DNA of 56,829 nt, counting the filler, from Sphacelaria rigidula (taxonomy: Eukaryota), in the NCBI GenBank assembly GCA_964200075.2. It is 7 parts of 7 records of this genome, joined end to end, with 100 filler letters (N's around TTAATTAATTAA, not from the genome) between each part and the next. Parts side by side here need not be neighbours in the genome. Positions count along the whole stretch, not along the records: positions 40,666 to 48,697 come from CAXNAA020012567.1; positions 48,798 to 56,829 come from CAXNAA020012568.1; 5 more parts are not named here. The stretch is one strand, 5' to 3'. The notes beneath the pieces are model-generated. The model searched no databases. It had not been told where the DNA came from and worked only from the letters and a program-made list of their open reading frames with translations. Position numbers and translations under genes: made by a program. Below are positions 48,173 through 56,829 of the stretch, piece by piece (position 1 is the stretch's first letter; the number at the start of each line of letters is the position of its first letter).

Positions 48173-49862
48173 CGCTACTGTTCACTCCTGTACCGTAGTG
48201 CGTACACTACAGGTGTGACTAGAGTGTGCGCGCCGATCACACGCATTTTTCACCACATAATTCACTACAAAGGTCGGATTTCATTGGCGCTAGATTCCGC
48301 CGATTCCTCACTGAAGGGCATCTGATTGGTTGAAATGATCTTCTCGCTGCTAAAATTTTCCCCCATGTATGTGCGTTGTTCAAGACACCGTCCGGACCAA
48401 TCCCAAATAGCACCTGTCACGTAAGAATGTCCTTATCAACAGTACTCATATCAAACTATTTTTGAGACGACCTGATTATGTTCCTATCGTGTCGACTCGC
48501 AGGTAACTAGCTAGAAGTCAATCCACCCTGATCACTTGCACACACGATGTGAACAGTCCCCGTACAACGTGCGGAATGCTTTCTCGGCCTGCAGAGGGGG
48601 CTGTCGAAAAGCAATTTTGGGACACGTGAGCCCAAGATGAAGAAATTCGAATTTTGAAGGGTAGGAGGGGGGGGGGGGGTGTGTACTCATGATCATGNNN
48701 NNNNNNNNNNNNNNNNNNNNNNNNNNNNNNNNNNNNNNNNNTTAATTAATTAANNNNNNNNNNNNNNNNNNNNNNNNNNNNNNNNNNNNNNNNNNNNGTA
48801 CCCCCCCCCCCCGCAACTGGCGTCTCGCACGCTTTTGTCTTTGGGCACTCAGAGGGTCACTCACACCCCCCCCCCCAAGTTTAATTGGATATATCTGTTG
48901 TTTTCGCCGCAGCACCGCCCTTGCTGGCATGTGTGTGACAGAGAACAGTAGTGCGGCGGTGACGGGAACATTGCCCTGTTTTTCAACGACATGTTGTTCA
49001 GCGCACAGAGGCGCGCCTTGCCCAAAAAGAGAGGTAGAGAAATCGATATTCGCATTGGTGAGCTCCACAGGCGAGAAGAGACGAAATCTCTCCGTAGCTG
49101 GATGTTTTTTGGGCGGCTGTCCGCAACAATATAACAACATCCCTACCGGCACACGAGAAATTCGGTACATGCTAGTAACACCCATGATGCCAGTCTCTCG
49201 AGCGATTGGTAATCGCTGAGCGAGGGCACACAAAGGACACGGGCGAGGAGTTTCCTCTCTGTCGTTGCTTCGCTCTCTGGCGATATCGTCATCGACACAT
49301 GTGTACGCCGCATTCGTTCGGTGCACCTAGCTACAACTGATTGACTGCTGCAGAGTTTTGGGGGAGGAGATAATTCGCTTTGTGTAACTGTTTCGCGTCA
49401 TCCCTGCAAAAACGATACGCCACTTGAACCTCATTTTTGAGATGAACCCCATTTTCCAGGATCCACTTATAAGTCGTTCTACGTATGGTATCGTAGTGGT
49501 GCACAAAATGCGCTCGCACTAGCGTGAAGCTAGGACGAAGTTGCGTCTGAACGTGAGGCGATCTTCTCGCAGGCAATCACAAAATGATGTGAGAAATGTC
49601 GTGATTTTGTTTCCAACGTGAAATAACGGTGACGAATTTGTCCAAGAAAGTGAACCCTACTGTAGAACGACGACTCCAAACATGACCATGACAATAACCG
49701 ACCGGACAGAGCACCACAAGAATAACCGCTTCTCTTGAGAACGAAACGCTGATCACCAAAAGTAGCCGTGAAGTCGTGAAATTCGTCAAATGACGAATGA
49801 AAATACCTCTTTCCGTCCGCCAGGGGGGGGTAGTCCGGGATTTTTGTGTCGCATATACCCAA

Positions 49863-50624
49863 CACCGTTTTCGCGAGATTGAGAGTAGAGGATACGATTG
49901 AGAGTGAGAAGCGGTTAGTTATTTAGTGGCTCGTTTCAGTTCCGAAATGCCCCTCCACTAGACCCGACACCCCTTCTCTAATAGCTTGCCAGTGACGCCC
50001 TTGATATCCCTGGGAACAGTATCGACATGTAGCTGTAAGCACACGGCAGTGAACAACATATTCGTCAGATTCAGAGCGAAATATCGGATTCAGAGTGGAT
50101 GCTCTAGCATTCCTAACAGGCAACTTTTTCGTTTTGCTTGAGCACACGTCCTGTGCATGCAGCTACCGTACAGTACCCCATTCAAGGAATTCGGCGGTCT
50201 GGTTGGTGAGATACCGCACAAAGCATTCTTACGCCTGGGGGGGGGGGCACTTCGGCCTGAAACTGTTTCAGGCACTAATCGTTTTTTCCTGAAAAGAGGG
50301 GATCTTTTCTTGCAATGGACTGACCACGTCGTTGCGATCAAGCGATGTATCAAATTGGTCGTGTAGGTGACAGTTTTCATTGAAGCCACCACTTCACCAG
50401 CTGGGCGCATTACTCCTTCAACTGTGGCGATGTCAAAATCGACGGGAAAGTCCATTGTTTCGGGTCTCGCTCTGAATCCGATGTTACACTCTGAATCTCA
50501 CGAATACAGTGCTAGTGATAGAGGCAAAGAAAAGCACACACGGAATAAAAAGTTGGCTAAGTTAAAGAGAATGATCAAAGCCACTCTCAATCCGCACTTT
50601 ACTCTCAATCTCATGAAAGCGTTG
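49863..50624. mobile_element. Probable hAT-derived element with nested inverted repeats
   Basis: TIRs CACCGTTTTCGCGAGATTGAGAGT / ACTCTCAATCTCATGAAAGCGTTG. Inner IR pair ~50061-50098 / 50466-50504 built of the same motif. Flanks ATACCCAA/TTACCCTT match only 5/8. Confidence 0.5.
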
Positions 50625-50949
50625 TTACCCTTCCTTGTTGTAGGGGTGATTGGTTTTGGAAAGCTTCCATCAACTCTTCACACACACACGTACACACCTC
50701 TGCTGCAAATGAAGGGTATTGTGAACAATTGTTTTCCCCCCACAATCTTGACCATTTTTCGGGCAGTTTCTTCTTTCTCCGAAAAGTGTGAGAGCCAAGG
50801 AAAATCTCCCGCTCCCGGGTAGTGTAGACCCTACGGACCACAACCTTGAAATGGTTAGTTTCGAAAGCTGAGTTTTTTTCAGGATGACGTTCTCAATGCG
50901 GACATATATGTATATCTATATATATACATGCAATGAACCACACGTTCCC

Positions 50950-51267
50950 TTCTGCAAGACGATATGTTTTCGTCACACGTAAGAAATCCATGACACCAGA
51001 GAAACAGAAACGGGTTTAAGCTGTCCAATCCACTCCTTGTTTCTGCAAGACGAGAGGGGGTTGGAGAGCTTTGGGAACCCGTTTCCTTTTCTCTGGCGTC
51101 ACGGATTTCTTCAGTGTGACGAGAATATATTTAGAGTTGCAGACGTCTTGCAGAAACAAACGTCTGGTTCATCTTGTGTGGATTGGACAGCTTGGGAAAC
51201 CCGTTTCCGTTTCTGTGGCGTCATGTTTCTTTTTCAGATGTGACGTAAATATATCGTCTTACAGAAA
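50950..51267. repeat. Complex inverted/tandem repeat (foldback-like)
   Basis: TTCTGCAAGACGATATGTTTTCGTCACAC at ~50950 pairs with TGTGACGTAAATATATCGTCTTACAGAA at ~51240, with a duplicated GGGAACCCGTTTCC unit inside. Confidence 0.6.
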
Positions 51268-51326
51268 TAAACGCCCGTGCGTTGCACATATATCCACATC
51301 GAGAACGTCATGCTGAGAAAACCTCA

Positions 51327-51677
51327 CACACGCGGCCATTTGACTACCCCCCAAAATGCCTCCGGAGGGGTGCGCGGCCCTCCAGGGGCAAAACATGCCT
51401 CCGGAGACCTTCAATCCCTCTGCAGGAAACCAAACACTACAGACCTGGAGGGCTGCGCACCCCTCCGGAGGAATTGAGGGTAGCAAAATGCCCTCGGAGA
51501 GATCCGCGGCCCTCCAGAGGCAAAAAGAAGCCTCCGGAGGCGTTTAATCCCTCTGGAGGAAACCAAAAAATCTCTTCTGAAGGGCCACGCACCCCTCCGG
51601 AGGTGTTTGATTCCTCTGAAGGCTGGAAAGTTGGCCGACCTGGAGGAATTCGGGGGGTAGCCAAATGGCCGCGTGTG
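51327..51677. mobile_element. CACTA/CMC-like MITE copy 2 (2-bp TSD CA)
   Basis: CA|CACACGCGGCCATTTGACTACCCCCC ... GGGGGGTAGCCAAATGGCCGCGTGTG|CA (25/26). Array of CCTCCGGAGG-like palindromes. Confidence 0.85.
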
Positions 51678-53799
51678 CAGTTTTTCGAAACTTGTCATTT
51701 CGAGGTTGTGATCCGTAGGCATACCTTAATGTTGGCATCAACGTACCGGAGCCCCGTGTAGATCCGGGATGTGCTTGAGCTAAATGTGAACATAATAATC
51801 ACGTGATACTGCAATACTATTTCTCAATTCTCAACGATTGCGGGTCGAAAATAAACAAGTTGGAAAATTTCCCCCCGAGTTAAGGGGGAAAGGGGTGTAT
51901 CCTAAATTTAAGCCTACGGGTACGGTCGACCCAACAGCTATTTAGGCGGAAGTTGGTGGAAACCTGACTGAAGTATCCATTTTCACTCAACTGAACAGCA
52001 CGGTACTTGGCGCAGGCGCCCGCCGTCACACTTAGAGCAGTCATGGGTTGATCAGCAGTAGGCCATTCTTCGCCGAGATGTGCCTTCCCGTACAACCTTC
52101 TGTCTAGTATGCGGTATTGGTGGATGGTTTTCATAGATGACAGTACTTTGTGCACGACAATGCGCGTGTCTCTGCAACCATTGGTCCGCTGCCGATGAAG
52201 CTACGACCCCCCGAACTGCTGCGGCGGGCACTTGCACCGACCCTCGGGGAAGGTTTCATGATCATACCGCTAATTATGTCAAATTTGCAAGAAAGATTTC
52301 ACGTTTTTGAAAGGCACATCCTTCGCTGACAAGGCCGCAGGTGTTGATATCCCTCAGCGGGACAAGCTGTCTACAGTAAATCTTACGTCAAGATAAGCAA
52401 AGCACACTAGTTGTTTTCGATGAAAATGACAATATCCGTGTATATTAGGCGTCACAACCAGTGTCCGTATGAATCCGGAACGTTCGTGTGCCCAAATGGT
52501 CACCTGTAAGTCAATCGACGTGAGGAAAACTCGAGATAACGGGTGGCAAACTCTATCGGTGTACACTGCCGTGTCAGACATTTGTCGGTACCGTGTACGC
52601 AGATACCAAATGATGCGGACAGCGGAGAGCACGATAGCGGTGACGATGGGGCAATCAAAACAATTTAAGCAGTAGACACCTACGTGCGTAATGGAAGCCG
52701 TAACTCATACACGTTTGCCTTCATCTACACGGTCCCTGCGAATCGATTCACGGCAGCCTAGCGCCGCACTGCGTAAGCATCAGCGACAGTCGCTACAACT
52801 AAGCACAACAGAATAGTCCCCCGCGCCTTCGCCGCCCACAACCCGGCACAATCTAGTACAGAAAATCATGTTGATGCTGTCGCTTTGCTCGAGAATACCG
52901 AGAGACTGTCGACTTGCGTACAAATACAGACTAAAGGCAGTCCGTGGAAAAGCGCCGGTCAAATATACGGGAACAGCCTGATTTGCACGATAATGGCAGG
53001 GTGCTGCCGAAACGAATTGCTTTGAGAGCAACCGGTAGATATGCGGGCATTGCACTTGCTGGAAGCTTCAGTATTCAGTCTGAGGCTGCAACCTCTGCCA
53101 AAGCAACATTATCCAGGGGCATGATTCTCGTCACTTCTTTCATCCCAGGCATTAGTCTCAAAACTGACGACCCGACGTTGCGATGATTGAAAGTGCGAAG
53201 GCTTGGTGCTGCCTTGTGTCAGCACGTCGTGGATAAAACACACTTGCACTCATTCGTCGAAGTCAAAATCGACGGCGAATACTCGTATGATACTCGAGTA
53301 TTTTTCTCCTGATCCGAACGCCAATTAACCATATTTCAACGTTTTTCCGGAGTCCGAAAACAAGAATCGTTGCCAGTCCGAAAAGTGAATCGCAAGAACA
53401 CGTGGGCTTTCAACCCGCCTCACAGAGGACCACCGGACGCATGATCATTTAATATACACTGTGACACTTTCAAAAACATGGGTGTTTCACACACCTTCAA
53501 CAGAAAATTAAGCACCGTACACGTCAACAACCAATATAAAATATTTTGCACCCATGAGCTCGCTCAATTTCATCTTCACATGAGCGAATGCACCCAAATC
53601 GCCTTCACAACCACATCGCAGCAGCTTCCGCACACGCCTCCGCTGGAAACTGTGACATCAAGTACTGGTTAATCCACCCAAAGAGCATTTGGTGCGCATA
53701 AGTCGACACTACTTCAGTACAAACTGGCATATCCATTTTGCAGAGTTACTATACTGTGCTCTGAACGATGAATCCAGGCCGTCCGTCGTTGAAGGCGTG

Positions 53800-54741
53800 T
53801 CAGCTGAAGATGGAGGCAACCGCAACGAAGGCAATCGTCATTCCGAAACCTGGACAGTGGTCGAGCGGAGACGCACCGATAAGGGGTGGACAAATGATGA
53901 CGGTGCCAAAGGCTACAATAGAAGCGCAGAACTATTTTTTCGCCCCACATTAGCCTTTTCATGCAGAAAATATGCATGAAAAAGAGTGGACGCATGAGGC
54001 AGAGGCAAGCAGGATAACGCGTATGCGTGTGAAGACCTACAAATAAGCGCGCATAGACTGCATTGTAGACGAGAAAATACGATGGAAAACATCACACAAG
54101 AAACATGGATTGGACTAAACGGGGTAGCGAGGGGCTGCACCGACGCACGATGGGGGTATGACTCTCTTGTAAGGAGACACTATGTTCGACAGAAGGCTCT
54201 GGATCAGTGCTCGGGCAACAAACACAGCTCGCACGGGTGTGAGGCTCTACTGCAGATTGTTTCGTTCGGTTTTTTCCTCTGAAGAAGGAAGACCGTGAAC
54301 AGTGTCCGGTCGGAACCTGACATGCAAAGACCGTCAGGCTGAAGCTAACATCGGTTCCCCATGATGGGGACAACACTCAACGACGAAAAATATGATACCG
54401 ACGTAGTAAGACAACACAGCCTTAATCCCATCGTATACCACTGAAAATCTTCGAGAAAGGTACGTTGTCCCCGCTTCTGTTGCCTGTTGTTACCCCCGGT
54501 CTCACCACACACGACGTTCGGGTTCGGTTTGCGCGACCTACAGGGTTAGTACCGTCCCTTGTCCGTATCTTGCCTCAGAAAAAAACAAACACTCACCCCA
54601 GGTGAAGGTCTGCGCCATGCTGCTCTTCAAACTCTGTTTGGGTGCCTGGTCGAAGTTGAAGAAGGGCTGGTACTTCGACGGCGGGGCCTCCTGCGGCTGC
54701 GGTATTTCTTCGATTGCACGGTTGACAGGCGCCGGTCGTTT
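53800..54741 (-). CDS. Last two exons (54741-54597, 53849-53800) of an unknown protein with a C-terminal transmembrane anchor
   Basis: KRPAPVNRAIEEIPQPQEAPPSKYQPFFNFDQAPKQSLKSSMAQTFTW-G|FGMTIAFVAVASIFS*. CAG acceptors, GTGAGT donor, and a phase-1 junction that completes a continuous hydrophobic helix. Confidence 0.68.
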
Positions 54742-55249
54742 CTGATTCAAAAGGGAACACGATATCAGAGCCAGACAAGGCACGCAAGACGAGATACAAG
54801 GTGGAGACAAACAGAAAAAGGCAGAGAGTCGGATACAGAGATTGAAGTAGAGATTCAGCAGGCTTTATATGGCATACGGTACTCTCCAAGCTGAACAACT
54901 CGTTTTCACTTTTTCGTAAACTCAAGTACTAGTAACAAGCAGGTGTTGGTATATGCAGTCAGACGGGTGTACGTATTATTTCAGCCGTTCAGAGCTCGCA
55001 ATCGTGTACTGCGAATCCCCCAAGTTCCGGTATTTCAAAACGAGACACCATACATGAATCGACATGAACAGTCGTATGCGCGGCACCCGTAATCATTATG
55101 CAGAAGAGTTTCTTCAAGAGCACAGTTCCTGCAAACGCAGCCTCCGCAGCCTCCGCAGCCCACGAATGCACACATATGTAGTGCGGCTAAATCTAGACAG
55201 GTCGACACACGTGTGCCCGCGCCCCTGCAGCATGGCAGCACTTCGACAG

Positions 55250-56090
55250 TCTTCGGAATGCGTGAAGCCGGGATATCACACACATACAACGGTGTCACGG
55301 GGAGCGGCGCCAGTGACTTCAAACGCATAGACTACATACTCACCCAGGAGCACACCGAGGTAGTGTGCGCAACGTAGTCGTACACCCTCAACCCGCACCT
55401 CCGGCCAAAGCTGACTCGGATCACAACGTGGTGGTGGCCACTGCCAACCTCGGTGGCCGCCTCGCCCACAACCGTACCGTACAAACCAAATCGAAGCAGC
55501 CATCATCGAGGAGGTGAAGCAGCGATCGACAGCATTACCGGCCGGGGAATCGGTACCGCTTGGGTCAGCGCCAACGCTGGAGGACCCCATACGAGCAGTC
55601 CGGGGGATACAAAACTGGAAAGCGCCGGGACACATAAGATCGACGGTCGCGCCGAGCCTATCGTCTTCGAACGCTTCCATGCCATCCTCGTCAAGGTGTG
55701 GAACGGAGGTGAGGTCCTGCAGGAGTGGAAAGACGCTAAGATGAAAGTGCTCTACAAGAAGTCGGACCGCTTTAACTGAAACAAATACCGGGGAATCTCA
55801 CTGGTGTTGCACGCAGGGAAAGCGCTTATGAAGATACTGGCCTACCGCCGCAGCAACTACTGCGAAGCCCACGGGATACTGCCCGAGGAACAGTGCGGTT
55901 TCCGACCTGATCGATTTGACGTCGACATGTTGTTCGTAGTGCGCCGACTCCAGGAGCTGGGACGAGCGCGGAGGATACCACTATACACGTGCTTCGTCGA
56001 CTTCCAGAAGGCCTATAATTCGGTTCACCGAGAGCTTCTATAGCAGATGCTCGCCCGAGCTGGTATTCTGGACGAGATAATAGCAGTTAT
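55250..56090 (+). mobile_element. Degenerate RTE-clade LINE fragment (APE end and RT start, internal deletion)
   Basis: SHTYNG..KRIDYILT..DSDHNVVVA (APE), APTLED..NWKAPG, VPQEWKD-like VLQEWKDA, YRGISL..AGKALMKI, LPEEQCGFRP, FVDFQKAYNSV (RT). Contains in-frame stops. Confidence 0.88.
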
Positions 56091-56631
56091 GTTATGGATC
56101 GCGGCGTAGTGGTGGTAGGGCAGTGCGATGATGGGCCCGTCGATCTGATGGTTGAATGTCCCGAAGGGCTGACTACGGGAGTTGGCAGTATGCCGCAGTC
56201 AGGGGTGAAAATGTTTGGATCCGGTTGTGACGGTTACATAAACATGCCTGTTTATATCCAGCTTGAATGCGATTCTTTGCGAGTCGAATCTCAGTCGGCA
56301 CCCTGACTTTTAGACCTCGCGAAGGAAAAGCCGAAGTGCTTGTGCCCTGAATGAGCAATCAAAATCACCACTACAAAAGATAAATATCATCGCATGAAGC
56401 CGTGATCAAGACACCCTGACGTTCAGCGTACACCGGTCTGCGATGGACTTTTCCCTCGTGTCGTCCGTCTGCTGGTTGGTTATCGAAATAACGGTGGGAC
56501 AGTACGGATCCTGACTAGGAAGAGTACGTGGATGGTGTGAAATATGGTCGACGCAATACGAGCTGGGCCAGCCTAGAGGCGGATTTGAAGTTTGCAGGCC
56601 CATGCTCTTTTATACATCTAGAGTTGGACCC

Positions 56632-56829
56632 TGAAATTTGGTATGGACAGTGCATAGGGCATAAAAAAAAAATACTGAAGTACCGAGAGTGTTTTTTTTT
56701 CTTCATGAGTTAGGGGTATTTTACTGATACCTGAAAACCGATTATTGCCCTTAACTCATGAAGAAAAAAAAACCCTTTTGGTACTTCAGATTTTTTTTAT
56801 GCTCTATGCACTGTCCATACCAAATTTCA
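56632..56829. repeat. Near-perfect palindrome at contig end (foldback/MITE core)
   Basis: TGAAATTTGGTATGGACAGTGCATAGGGCATAAAAAAA ... TTTTTTTATGCTCTATGCACTGTCCATACCAAATTTCA. Confidence 0.8.

Noticed and set aside
51350-51650. CRISPR-like array of spaced palindromes
   Set aside because: The repeats are only 10 bp with ~10-bp spacers, sit inside a TIR/TSD-bounded MITE in eukaryotic DNA, and no cas genes are present.

Overview
Repeat-rich, intron-rich eukaryotic DNA, most likely a brown alga (inferred from GT/GC-AG exon structure, a GGA(I/V)/FxxN-repeat surface-protein gene and the transposon spectrum). The window is not one locus. It is seven unlinked contigs of 8034, 8033, 8033, 8033, 8032, 8032 and 8032 nt, in size order, joined by 100-nt N44-TTAATTAATTAA-N44 linkers. 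Genes reconstructed by hand: the 3' part of an MSH2-type MutS gene (10 exons, +, with a probable GC-AG intron), tail-to-tail with a prolyl-4-hydroxylase-like 2OG-Fe(II) oxygenase (-); five exons of a POMP/adhesin-like repeat gene (-); the last two exons of a probable tail-anchored protein (-); and one exon of a probable membrane protein. The rest is mainly decayed LINEs (an APE-RT-CCHC family, a related second family, and RTE-like fragments) plus many MITE/TIR elements (Tc1/mariner-type with TA, hAT with 8-bp TSD, PIF/Harbinger with TTA, CACTA-like with 2-bp TSD) and foldbacks. The most interesting signal is a group of non-LTR retroelements that end in ATGAGTAC(G/A)-poly(C) instead of poly(A). 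They share a 3' hairpin with a compensatory change, have TSDs ending in G-runs, and recur as ~65-80-nt mini-copies starting at the hairpin base.
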